From positions 76,744-140,743 of the forward strand of contig JACPBF010000001.1 in assembly GCA_016180425.1 (NCBI GenBank): DNA of 64,000 nt, written 5' to 3'. The translations under genes and the position numbers were made by a program. Every line of letters starts with the position of its first letter. The first letter of the stretch is position 1. This DNA is from Elusimicrobiota bacterium (lineage in GTDB: Bacteria > Elusimicrobiota > Elusimicrobia > 2-02-FULL-39-32). Positions 37,240 through 46,582 of the stretch are shown here, in pieces. Under the pieces are notes generated by a model that ran no database searches, was not told the origin of the DNA, and saw only the letters and a list, made by a program, of their open reading frames with translations.

Positions 37240-38173
37240 ATTAGCAGAAAAGTTCCAGGCCACCGTTGCAGTTGTGATTGTGCATTACGGAAAATTACAA
37301 AATACTTTAAAATGCGTTGAGTCGCTTCTCAAGAATCTCTACCATTCAATAGAGATTATTGTTATTTCAAATGAACCGCAAACGTTACTTCAGCTTCCAA
37401 AAGATCCTCGGATCCATTTAAATGTTCTGGAATATAATCGGGGTTTTTCTGCGGCGAATAATGTAGGGGTCCGAATTGCGCACCAGCTTAAGGCCTCCTA
37501 TATCTTTTTTCTAAATAATGACGCATCCATTGAACCTGACTGCATTCAAATTCTTATAAAGTATATGGAAACTCATCCGGAATTCAGCGCAGCAACACCC
37601 AAAGTAATGATAGCAGACGATCTCAATCGCCCATTACCTTACTCGTGCGGCGGAATTAATGCATGGTATCGTTTATATCCAAAGGAAAACCTGAATAAAG
37701 CTGAACCGGTTCCGATCCATTTTATTTCAGGATGTGCTTTTTTTATCCGTACGGAAGTGTTAAAAAGTGTCGGCGTTTGGGACGAGGACTATTTTCTATA
37801 TTGGGAAGATACAGATCTCTCATGGAGACTCATAAAAGCGGGATTCAAACCTGTCTCTATCCCTAACGCTCTGGCAACCCACCACCCAGCCCAGTCCACC
37901 GGTTACCTGTCAAAAACATATGTCTATTTTATGACCAGAAACAATTTATTGTTTATAAAAAAACATACGACTCAATCACTAAATAAATTATGCTATCTTA
38001 TTGAATTTTTTATTCGCAGGTGTGTTTGTTCTTTATGGAAATTGTTAGTTGCCGGAAAAATTAATGTATTGCCTATGATATTTTTTGGGATTATTGATTT
38101 CTTCTATGGAATTACCGGTCCTGGAAGATTGACAAAAACATTAAATGCCACTGCAGTCCCCGATAAGCACTAA
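37211..38173 (+). CDS. GT2 glycosyltransferase (rhamnosyltransferase-like)
   Basis: 320 aa; VAVVIVHYGK..., NNDASIEPD, and C-terminal features of WbbL-like GT2 enzymes; overlaps upstream gene by 29 nt. Confidence 0.7.
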   Translation: MQNEPGIPNKLAEKFQATVAVVIVHYGKLQNTLKCVESLLKNLYHSIEIIVISNEPQTLLQLPKDPRIHLNVLEYNRGFSAANNVGVRIAHQLKASYIFFLNNDASIEPDCIQILIKYMETHPEFSAATPKVMIADDLNRPLPYSCGGINAWYRLYPKENLNKAEPVPIHFISGCAFFIRTEVLKSVGVWDEDYFLYWEDTDLSWRLIKAGFKPVSIPNALATHHPAQSTGYLSKTYVYFMTRNNLLFIKKHTTQSLNKLCYLIEFFIRRCVCSLWKLLVAGKINVLPMIFFGIIDFFYGITGPGRLTKTLNATAVPDKH

Positions 38174-38283
38174 ATGTCTTATTGGCAGCACATTTGTAGG
38201 CGAGGGAGATTTATATCACAGAAATCTAGAATCAACTTAGTACAAACTAACCCAAACTTCTGTTAAAATATATTATCCAAAAA

Positions 38284-39267
38284 ATGACAAAAAATAAGTT
38301 AAAAACATTTATTAAATTGGCGGACATATCCCTTTCGATGCTTTATTCTGGATTTTTGCCTAAAAAAAAGTCCCTTAGCATCTTCCTATTCCATGCTCTT
38401 TTTTGGAATAAAAGGGAAAAAGATTTAAACCTCATAGACCCAAGATTAGGAATTACTGTATCGGATTTTCGACGTTTTGTTGATTATTATTTAAACCACG
38501 GTTATAGATTTATATCGGCAAATGAAATTCTGAACAGCTCAAAACTCGATGAAAACCAGGCTCTCATTACTTTCGATGATGGCTATGCCAATAATCTACT
38601 CGCATTGCCCATACTAAATGAATTTCAAGTTCCAGCAACCTTCTTCATTTCAACTAATTATGTAAAAAATAACAAATGTTTTTGGTGGGACATTCTCTAC
38701 AGAGAAAGACGCAAAGCAGGCCTATCCTACAATGAAATATATGAAGAACAACAATCTTTGAAATCAAAAAAATATAATCATATTGAAGAATACATTACAC
38801 GATTATTTGGAAAAATCGCGTTTACCCCCGCCTCGGAGATTGATAGGCCTCTTACACCTGCTGAATTAAAAGCGTGCTCGCACAGCCAGTACCTGACTAT
38901 AGGAAATCATACAAGCGACCATATAAACTTAACAATATGTTCTAACAGTGAGATAAAATTCCAAATCATGGATGCGCAAGACTTTATTAAAAATACCACA
39001 GGAAAGAGTCCTAGTGTCATTTCTTATCCTTTTGGATCTTATTCAAACGAGATTATTAATATTGCAAAAGATAGTGGACTAAAGTTAGGCATTTCCATTA
39101 ATACAATGAAGAATGACCTTCCCATCAATTTAGAAGGAGAGAAATGCATGCGAATGGGAAGATTCACAATGTCGGCAGAGACGGATATCAGAATTCAATT
39201 AAAATTCTTTGATTCGTCAATGTTATTAATGAATAGTCTCAAAAAAAAAATTTCCAATTCTTATTAA
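38284..39267 (+). CDS. polysaccharide deacetylase (NodB homology domain)
   Basis: 327 aa; ALITFDDGYANN and HTSDH motifs. Confidence 0.75.
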   Translation: MTKNKLKTFIKLADISLSMLYSGFLPKKKSLSIFLFHALFWNKREKDLNLIDPRLGITVSDFRRFVDYYLNHGYRFISANEILNSSKLDENQALITFDDGYANNLLALPILNEFQVPATFFISTNYVKNNKCFWWDILYRERRKAGLSYNEIYEEQQSLKSKKYNHIEEYITRLFGKIAFTPASEIDRPLTPAELKACSHSQYLTIGNHTSDHINLTICSNSEIKFQIMDAQDFIKNTTGKSPSVISYPFGSYSNEIINIAKDSGLKLGISINTMKNDLPINLEGEKCMRMGRFTMSAETDIRIQLKFFDSSMLLMNSLKKKISNSY

Positions 39268-39268
39268 G

Positions 39269-40093
39269 ATGCTAAAAATTATCTGTTTAATACGCCCTGA
39301 ACCAAATCTCATCTATTTTGTAAACAAAATAAACAAACAGCATAAAGTCTCTTTAGTGATTGTAGAGTCTCGATCAATAAAATATAAATTATTAAAAAAA
39401 ATTAAGAAACATGGTTTTGTGGGTACCTGTGAAATAATCCTGAACAAGATTAATTTTAGGATGAAATGCAAAGAACATGAAGACAATTACAAAAATTTTT
39501 TCGATACCCGATGGAAAACAATTGACAAAGATATTCCAGCATTAAATACCACTGATGTAAACGATCAGGTTATCTATGAACGACTCCTAAAGGAACGTCC
39601 AGATATCATCCTAGTTCATGGCACATCGCTGGTAGAAGATCGAATTATTGAAAGAGCGAAAACTGCGCTAAATTTACATTGGGGGCTTGCCCCGTATTAC
39701 AGAGGCTCGCAATGCACCGAATGGGCACTTATAAACTATGACCCTTATAACATTGGTGTGACAATCCATCAACTGGATAAAAGAATTGATGGAGGCGCTA
39801 TCTTTGCGCAAGAACGAATATTGCCCAAACCAAACGATACCGTTCATTCGCTCAATATTCAACTCACAAAACTTGGAACGGAATTGATTCTACGAGCTAT
39901 TGACAAATTAAAATCAGGCGAAAAACTTCATTTTGTAAATCAAGACTTATCATCAGGTTTTCTTTATCTCAATAGACACTGGAATAGATACTTATATAGA
40001 TACATCAAAAATATGGAAAAAGAAAATATGATTTCCCTGATGCTTGAACATCCCTCAAAGAAACAAAAGTTGCCTATCGTTAAATTAACCTGA
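39269..40093 (+). CDS. formyltransferase-family protein (Fmt/PurN-like N-terminal domain)
   Basis: 274 aa; NLHWGLAPYYRG (SLLPxxRG-type) and D...GGAIFAQE motifs. Confidence 0.65.
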   Translation: MLKIICLIRPEPNLIYFVNKINKQHKVSLVIVESRSIKYKLLKKIKKHGFVGTCEIILNKINFRMKCKEHEDNYKNFFDTRWKTIDKDIPALNTTDVNDQVIYERLLKERPDIILVHGTSLVEDRIIERAKTALNLHWGLAPYYRGSQCTEWALINYDPYNIGVTIHQLDKRIDGGAIFAQERILPKPNDTVHSLNIQLTKLGTELILRAIDKLKSGEKLHFVNQDLSSGFLYLNRHWNRYLYRYIKNMEKENMISLMLEHPSKKQKLPIVKLT

Positions 40094-40206
40094 TCTGAGC
40101 GACAAATGGCAGTTTGAAATACACGATGAATGGCATGGTAATAAAATTTTGTAAAGAAAAAGACCCTAAGAAAAAATAGTAATAGAAATGACTTTCAGTA
40201 TAAAAA

Positions 40207-40977
40207 CTAAATGCCGGATAGTTGCAAAAGTTCCCGGCCAAATGCCCAGGCAAAGGAAATTAACATTCCTAATAGAGGACCAATGAAGAGCGATATTCTA
40301 AAATTTGGTTTCAGGGGTCTATCGGCATAGCTTGCAGGAGCCTCAATTCTTGTTCGATACGTTTTTAGCTCCCCTTCCTGCCCCAAGAGAGCAAGTTCAT
40401 GATAAGCCCTTCTTGATTCCTTTTCTTCTAACAATAACATCATCTGCGTTTGGGACGATAAACCAGAAGAGCTCAGGCTCTTTAGCCGAGCTCTAAGCGA
40501 TTCAATCTCTCTATTGAGCTCTACAATCTGACTTCTTAAATAATCTGTTCTCCTTAATAATTCCTGCCCCAACATCTCTTCGTGTCTCTCCACCAATAGG
40601 GTGGCGCAAACCTCAGCGATTTTCTTTGCCTCTTCAGGAGTCTCGCCAAAAGCGTCAACTCTTAAAAGACCGTTGAGATCTATTAACTTAATCTTTGCTT
40701 TAATCTTTTTATAATCTGTTTGGGGAACATCAAGTTTTTGCGCAATCTTCTTTAGGAAATATTCCTGATTAAAAAGCATAATGACTGTTTGACTGTTTTC
40801 ATTAAAAAAATTCTGTATGGCACTCCCGATTTTTAAAATAACAGATGATTGATAAAGTCTGGGTGAATAAAGGTGCCATAACATTGTTAAAAAAATGGTT
40901 CCAGAAAAAATAAAAAACATTTCTTTTATCCGCTTTTTAAAAATCTCTCTAAGATCAAAAGTGATATTATTCATCAA
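40207..40977 (-). CDS. polysaccharide chain-length determinant-like protein (Wzz/PCP family, short)
   Basis: 256 aa; N-terminal TM, long coiled-coil periplasmic region, C-terminal TM with a Pro/Gly-rich segment. Confidence 0.5.
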   Translation of the reverse strand: MMNNITFDLREIFKKRIKEMFFIFSGTIFLTMLWHLYSPRLYQSSVILKIGSAIQNFFNENSQTVIMLFNQEYFLKKIAQKLDVPQTDYKKIKAKIKLIDLNGLLRVDAFGETPEEAKKIAEVCATLLVERHEEMLGQELLRRTDYLRSQIVELNREIESLRARLKSLSSSGLSSQTQMMLLLEEKESRRAYHELALLGQEGELKTYRTRIEAPASYADRPLKPNFRISLFIGPLLGMLISFAWAFGRELLQLSGI

Positions 40978-41033
40978 GATCCTCCATGCTTTTGTTCATT
41001 TTCTTTTTAGTTTTTGCGCTCAGCCAAAGCAAT

Positions 41034-41990
41034 TTAATATTTCTTATATTTTTCATTCATCTTTCTGTATTTATAGATATAAAACATTGAAAAAATTTTT
41101 GTCTGAATCCTTAAGAAGAAAAGCCTTGGATAGAATAGATGGGCAATTAAAATCAGCATCTGCCCAATATAGAAATTAAAATATTTTAACCTTGTCCCCT
41201 GCCTATACAAATAAGAAAAAACCCGATTATCAGCAACTCTCTGATATTTGCTGACAGCTTCTTTTCCAGTTAACCTCATAAAAAAATAGGTGGCGATATT
41301 TAAAGAATTTTGAATATCCGTAGGGCGATGGATAAGACTTAGAGAGTTGGCTGATAAACGATATTTCACCAGCGGCTGTTTTAAATTAGCTGCCTCTCCT
41401 TTTAAAAAAAGACGTGACCATAGTTCCAGATCTTCTGTTTGAGAAAAACTTTCGTTATATTGGGTCCCATTTCTAAATACCGCAGAAGAATGCATGATGG
41501 GATTATTGCCCTTTAAAATCCAAAATCCTATCTCTTTTTTGCTTAAAGGGTAATGGCTCTGCCCTATCAAATTCCCATCCTCATTTATAAAAAACACCTG
41601 TGTCCCCAAGAGACAAAGTTCAGGCTGTTTCTTAAAAAGTTCCATCTGAATTTTAAGTTTATCTCTTTCCCACAAATCTCCGCTGTCAATACGGGCGATA
41701 TATTTTCCATTAGATTTTGACAGCCCAAGGTTTAAAGAACGCACAAATCCGATTTTGAATTCATTATAAAGATAAACAAGCCTTGAATCTGACTTTTGCA
41801 AACGTTTAATGATCAATGAACTTTCATTTTCTGAAACATCCTCTACAAGCAGGACTTCAAAATTTTGAAAAGACTGGTTTAAAATACTTTGTATCGTTTC
41901 CTCAATTCTATTCCCTTCATTATAGATACTGATAACAACACTTACTGATGGTTGATCTTTAACCAATTGCAGTTTACCAAGAACTAACAA
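41034..41990 (-). CDS. GT2 glycosyltransferase
   Basis: 318 aa; VSVVISIYNEG ... LLVEDVSEN ... ARIDSGD. Confidence 0.75.
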   Translation of the reverse strand: MLVLGKLQLVKDQPSVSVVISIYNEGNRIEETIQSILNQSFQNFEVLLVEDVSENESSLIIKRLQKSDSRLVYLYNEFKIGFVRSLNLGLSKSNGKYIARIDSGDLWERDKLKIQMELFKKQPELCLLGTQVFFINEDGNLIGQSHYPLSKKEIGFWILKGNNPIMHSSAVFRNGTQYNESFSQTEDLELWSRLFLKGEAANLKQPLVKYRLSANSLSLIHRPTDIQNSLNIATYFFMRLTGKEAVSKYQRVADNRVFSYLYRQGTRLKYFNFYIGQMLILIAHLFYPRLFFLRIQTKIFSMFYIYKYRKMNEKYKKY

Positions 41991-42113
41991 AAATCATGAA
42001 AAGTTTATCTCTGTTAAAAAGCTTCACTTTGTGATAGTGATACCACTCATAGATCTATATAAGGGTGAGCATGATACGAATGATATTATATAGTATTATC
42101 ATTACATATTAAA

Positions 42114-43052
42114 ATGGATGCCGATAATTTAAGAAAAATTGAGTTTCTCCAATTGGCGAATAAGGCCAATCAACTTCAAGATCTTTATTATAAAAAACAC
42201 GGAGGGCCTGGCCCTTGGAAGAAACTGGTCCGGCTCTACATATGGAAGCTAAAATACCTTCATTACATGGCTGCCATGCTTGGAATTTCTAAACGGGATG
42301 TGCCCATTACCACTTTTTGGGGCAAACGAATTTTTTTGCCCCTGAGCGATCGGGAAACAACCCCTCTTTATTTTACGGGAACTCTTGCGCGAGAAGAGCA
42401 ACCCCTGACTAAATTTTTAATAAAGGAATTCAAAAAAAATGATGTTTTTTACGATATCGGAGCAAATTTTGGATTCTATACGATGCTGGCTGAAGAATTC
42501 ATAACAGATGGTGAAATTCATTCTTTTGAACCAAATCCAAAAACATTTTTTTATCTACAAAGAGCATGTGCTGCTTCCAAAAATAATATATTTCTAAATT
42601 ATTGTGCCCTTACCCATCAAAAAGATAATGTTCCATTTTTTATACCAGGGGGGGATACCCGAAGCGGTGGATCTACTACCAGTCAAGAAGTAGCTGAAAA
42701 ATATTTCACAGAGATCAATAAAACGATGGTCAAATCCCTGGCATTAGATGATTATGTCCATTCGCATCGTTCGCCCACGATTTTGAAGCTGGATATTGAA
42801 GGTGGAGAATGTAATTTTTTGAAAGGAGCCGCACAAACTTTAAAAAAAAAACAACCAGTCATTGTGATGGAAATCTGGACAGGCGCTAAAGGGATAGATT
42901 ATTCACTCAAAGCAGCCCAAAAACTATATGAAGCAGGTTATAAGCCCTATAGCATAAACTTTGATGGCGAGCTGGAAAAATTGGAAAAAATAGAGCCGCA
43001 ATATAATACCGCTCATTTAGAGGCGATAAATTTCGTATTCAAAAAAGCATGA
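42114..43052 (+). CDS. FkbM family methyltransferase
   Basis: 312 aa; YDIGANFGFYTM ... SFEPNPKTFFYL. Confidence 0.75.
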   Translation: MDADNLRKIEFLQLANKANQLQDLYYKKHGGPGPWKKLVRLYIWKLKYLHYMAAMLGISKRDVPITTFWGKRIFLPLSDRETTPLYFTGTLAREEQPLTKFLIKEFKKNDVFYDIGANFGFYTMLAEEFITDGEIHSFEPNPKTFFYLQRACAASKNNIFLNYCALTHQKDNVPFFIPGGDTRSGGSTTSQEVAEKYFTEINKTMVKSLALDDYVHSHRSPTILKLDIEGGECNFLKGAAQTLKKKQPVIVMEIWTGAKGIDYSLKAAQKLYEAGYKPYSINFDGELEKLEKIEPQYNTAHLEAINFVFKKA

Positions 43053-43054
43053 TT

Positions 43055-44134
43055 CTAGAGCTGGGATTGGAATAAATATTCTGTAAACCGTTCTGCGGCA
43101 TTAGTGGTCACATGCCATATATCCTCGTACTCATCTGTAGAAAACTGATAACACTTCGATCGAGGAATAAAACGCACACAATTAAATTTTTTCTCAAGCT
43201 TAGCTAAATGTTGATTTGTAATTGAATTTAATAAAAGCATTTTTTCAGAATAATAAAATGGATGATATTGACCTTCAATAATAATCACTTTAATTTGATG
43301 GCTTTCACAAAAACGAATAAAATTTTCAAGTAAAATCAGATTGATTGCTATTGCATCCCGGTTGAAACTTTCCTCATATTTTTTAATGAGCTCTGCATCG
43401 GGCTTCATCCAATTATTCTCATTTTCAAAATGCCTGACAATCCCCTTGCTTCTCGCTAATCGAGAGAGAAATGATTTAAACACAAAAGAGTATTTGTGCT
43501 CCGGAAACAACTCGCTTATCAAGGCACTTACCATCATTTTCTTAAAATCCCTCCAAAAAAAACGATAGGGATAAACCATTTTAAATAATTTGAATAATCT
43601 ACTTTTTTGAGCAGGAGCGATTCGAATAAGTTCCAAGGAAGGAATCTTGGCCAGATCGTATTCACAAAGAAATAAAAGAAAGTTATGCGGTTTTATACTT
43701 TTAATATAAGATTCATAAAGGAAAAAATCAAGTGGGGAAAAACCTGCCATTGCAAATAATTTATTATGTTCGTTTTTTAAAAAAAAATCGTTCCCAAAAA
43801 TTTTATTTACCTGGCTGGACCCAACGGCAAGATAATCAACAGGCCCTTTGATCTCCTTAATTTTATATTTATTTTTTTCATAATACAGAACACTTGACTG
43901 CCTAAATCCGATATGTCCCTGATCGTTGTCTAATAACCGAAGATATATGGCCCAAGCGAATGAATTTCCAAAAAGCATCAGTCGCGCAAAAAAGATAAAA
44001 AATAATAAAGTCCAAATATTGTCATGCCACAGACCCCAACCCCGTTTTCTGATCGCTGAAAAGAAAATAGCTAAAACAGCAAAACCTATGACTATTGTCA
44101 CATAGTATGGATCGCAGTAAAAATTTCTTAACAA
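43055..44134 (-). CDS. SGNH-like acyl-transfer partner protein (AlgJ/DltD/PatB-like) of the adjacent MBOAT
   Basis: 359 aa; N-terminal TM anchor, YLAVGSSQV (GDS-like block) and DIWHVT (D-x-x-H). Located directly downstream of the MBOAT on the same strand. Confidence 0.45.
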   Translation of the reverse strand: MLRNFYCDPYYVTIVIGFAVLAIFFSAIRKRGWGLWHDNIWTLLFFIFFARLMLFGNSFAWAIYLRLLDNDQGHIGFRQSSVLYYEKNKYKIKEIKGPVDYLAVGSSQVNKIFGNDFFLKNEHNKLFAMAGFSPLDFFLYESYIKSIKPHNFLLFLCEYDLAKIPSLELIRIAPAQKSRLFKLFKMVYPYRFFWRDFKKMMVSALISELFPEHKYSFVFKSFLSRLARSKGIVRHFENENNWMKPDAELIKKYEESFNRDAIAINLILLENFIRFCESHQIKVIIIEGQYHPFYYSEKMLLLNSITNQHLAKLEKKFNCVRFIPRSKCYQFSTDEYEDIWHVTTNAAERFTEYLFQSQL

Positions 44135-44147
44135 GGTATTTAAAGTT

Positions 44148-45578
44148 CTAAAACTGAAAATAGATAAACTCCTTTTCGTTAAATTCTCCCCAAATCAACA
44201 AAAAATAAAATATTGATAAACAAACCAGCCATCTTATGAGCGGCGGCCAATCAAAAAGAACCATCAAATTATTTTTCATTTTCTGTATGATATGCATGAA
44301 GAGTAATGGCGCACTATAAAAAATTAGTTGAACACTCTCATATCTTATGGCGGGCAGACTTAAATCAAAATTATATATCATTGCTTTTAGCATTTCATAA
44401 ACCTGAGCAGCCGACCCGGCTCTAAAAAACAGCCAGCCAAAACAGACAAGATGGAAAAAAAACACCACTTTAACTCCCCTCCAAAGTAAATTTGTATAAA
44501 TTGGGTTCCCTGAGAAGCTCTTATGAAAAAAACTGTTACAAATCCTGTGAAGCACCAAAAGGAGCCCGTGATAAATCCCCCAAAGGAAAAAAAGCCAGGA
44601 ACTGCCATGCCAAAAACCTGCCAGTCCCATTGTGATTAAGAGATTCTTGTAAGTCCTAATTCCTCCTAGTCTATTCCCACCCAAGGGAATATAAACATAA
44701 TCTTTAAACCAATTTGAAAGGCTAATGTGCCAAGAACCCCAGAACTCCCTCGGATTTTTGGAAAAATAAGGGATGTTGAAATTCACCATAATATCGAATC
44801 CCATGCACTTTCCTAGCCCGCGGGCGATATCTGAATAACCGCAAAAATCCGTTAATATCTGAAAAGAAAAAGCATAAAGAGCTAAAAGTACTTCCGCTCC
44901 ATTATATGGCGCTTGGGAAGAAAATTGAGCTTGAACTATTTTGGCAAGGTTATCCGCGACAAATGATTTTTGAAATAACCCCCATAAAATAAGATAAGCT
45001 CCCTGATGGATTCCCAGCCGATTTAATTTTCTTGGAGACATAATCTGCGGCAGAAGATGGGAGGCTCGTTCAATGGGTCCTGCAACAAGTTGGGGAAAAA
45101 AGCAAATATAGAGCAGCAAATCAGAAAGATGACTCACCGGGATGATTGTTCTTCTATAGACATCCATCGTATAACTCATGATCTGAAAGGTATAAAAGGA
45201 AATTCCCACAGGCAATATAATGGAGTCCATATAATAAATCGGAATAGTGATATGTAATAAATTCGCCAGATTTTGAATATTATCAGCAAAGAAGTTAAAA
45301 TACTTGAAAAAACCAAGGACCAACAAGGTAGAACACAAACCTATAGAAAGAAAGACTTTTTGTTTTAGGTTAGAACTTGTTTGATAAATTTTAAGGGAAC
45401 AATAAAAATTCGTGATCACTGAAAATAATAAAAGCGATAAAAACTTCCAATTCCATGACCCATAAAAAATCAGTGAAGCAATCAGCAACATTCTATTTTG
45501 CCATCTATGTCTAAGAACAATGTAGAGGCAATAAACAATTACAAAAAAGAGCGCAAATTCAAGCGAATTAAACAGCAC
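44148..45578 (-). CDS. membrane-bound O-acyltransferase (MBOAT; AlgI/DltB family)
   Basis: 476 aa; polytopic, conserved His-containing MBOAT core; N-terminus MLFNSLEFALFF is typical. Confidence 0.85.
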   Translation of the reverse strand: MLFNSLEFALFFVIVYCLYIVLRHRWQNRMLLIASLIFYGSWNWKFLSLLLFSVITNFYCSLKIYQTSSNLKQKVFLSIGLCSTLLVLGFFKYFNFFADNIQNLANLLHITIPIYYMDSIILPVGISFYTFQIMSYTMDVYRRTIIPVSHLSDLLLYICFFPQLVAGPIERASHLLPQIMSPRKLNRLGIHQGAYLILWGLFQKSFVADNLAKIVQAQFSSQAPYNGAEVLLALYAFSFQILTDFCGYSDIARGLGKCMGFDIMVNFNIPYFSKNPREFWGSWHISLSNWFKDYVYIPLGGNRLGGIRTYKNLLITMGLAGFWHGSSWLFFLWGIYHGLLLVLHRICNSFFHKSFSGNPIYTNLLWRGVKVVFFFHLVCFGWLFFRAGSAAQVYEMLKAMIYNFDLSLPAIRYESVQLIFYSAPLLFMHIIQKMKNNLMVLFDWPPLIRWLVCLSIFYFLLIWGEFNEKEFIYFQF

Positions 45579-45766
45579 CTTATATCATCTCCACAATCAA
45601 AGTTAAAATAATATTGGTATTATAATATTAAAAAGAACATAAACATAAAAATGGAGGCGGTTCAATCAATAGCATATCCGTACTTATAAATACAAAAGAT
45701 CGTCCAAAAACTTTATTCCGCTCTTTAGAAAGCGTAGTAATACAAAATTATTCCGAACTAGAAATA

Positions 45767-46582
45767 TTGGTTTTAGATGATCACCCAAATGCATGCGTTT
45801 GTAATGCGACTTTAAATAAATTTAAAAACTCCAAAATTCACACTTTTCATTCAGGCCACTCATTAGGGGTTGCAGAAGGACGCAACTATCTTATGCGGCG
45901 GGCAAAAGGAGAAATCTTTTGCATATTGGACGACGATGCTTATTTTGCCAACAGTACTTGTATTACAAATATCTTGAATGCGCTAGAGAGTTATCCAGCT
46001 ACTGGTATCTTAGCTTGTAAAATTATTGACTTCAGAAACAATAGAGAAAACCTATTGGTACCATTCAGTAAACTTCACTTAAAAATTAATCCCTATCTCA
46101 TTAACCAAGATCATCTGGTATCCTACTATCTTGGCGGCTGTCATGCGATCCGTAAAACAGTACTAGAAAAATGCGGATATTATTACAACAACTTCAAATT
46201 CGGAGAGGAAGAGTTAGATCTTTCTTATAGAGCTCTCCAGGCCGGATTTCAGATTTTATATACCCCCAAAGCAGTAGCCTACCATTCTCCTGATGATCAG
46301 CGCGATCATCTTCCGATCTTTAACAATAAGTCAAAACTTTATTACCATACCAGAAATCGTCTCTATTTAGCTTATAAATATCTCCCGTGGATATATGTTC
46401 CCTCTTATTTGACTATATGGTTAAATATTTTTGCAGCCATTTCAATCAAAAAGAGGAAAATCAAAGAGTATCTCAATGGATTAGCAGATGGGCTCTCCAG
46501 CTTAAAAAATATAAAGCGCACTCCTCTTGCGCCCTCTACGATCCAATACCTTAAAAAGAATTATGGGAGATTATGGTATTAA
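45767..46582 (+). CDS. GT2 glycosyltransferase, N-terminus apparently disrupted
   Basis: Track ORF starts at TTG 45767. The same frame is open from 45632 and encodes the canonical GT2 start (...ISVLINTKDRPKTLFRSLESVVIQNYSELEILVLDD) without ATG, GTG or TTG. An ATG at 45651 in another frame stops after 12 codons. This suggests a frameshift. Confidence 0.6.
   Translation: MVLDDHPNACVCNATLNKFKNSKIHTFHSGHSLGVAEGRNYLMRRAKGEIFCILDDDAYFANSTCITNILNALESYPATGILACKIIDFRNNRENLLVPFSKLHLKINPYLINQDHLVSYYLGGCHAIRKTVLEKCGYYYNNFKFGEEELDLSYRALQAGFQILYTPKAVAYHSPDDQRDHLPIFNNKSKLYYHTRNRLYLAYKYLPWIYVPSYLTIWLNIFAAISIKKRKIKEYLNGLADGLSSLKNIKRTPLAPSTIQYLKKNYGRLWY

Noticed and set aside
38183-38197. Sigma54-like -24/-12 element TGGCAG-N5-TTGT upstream of the deacetylase gene
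   Set aside because: Spacing is right but the critical GC of the -12 box is GT, and there is no evidence for rpoN or an enhancer-binding protein in the window. Treated as a chance match.
41991-42113. GTGATAGTGATA tandem half-sites in the divergent promoter region between the GT2 (minus) and FkbM (plus) genes
   Set aside because: Short, AT-rich and without a palindromic partner. Not distinguishable from background in this genome.
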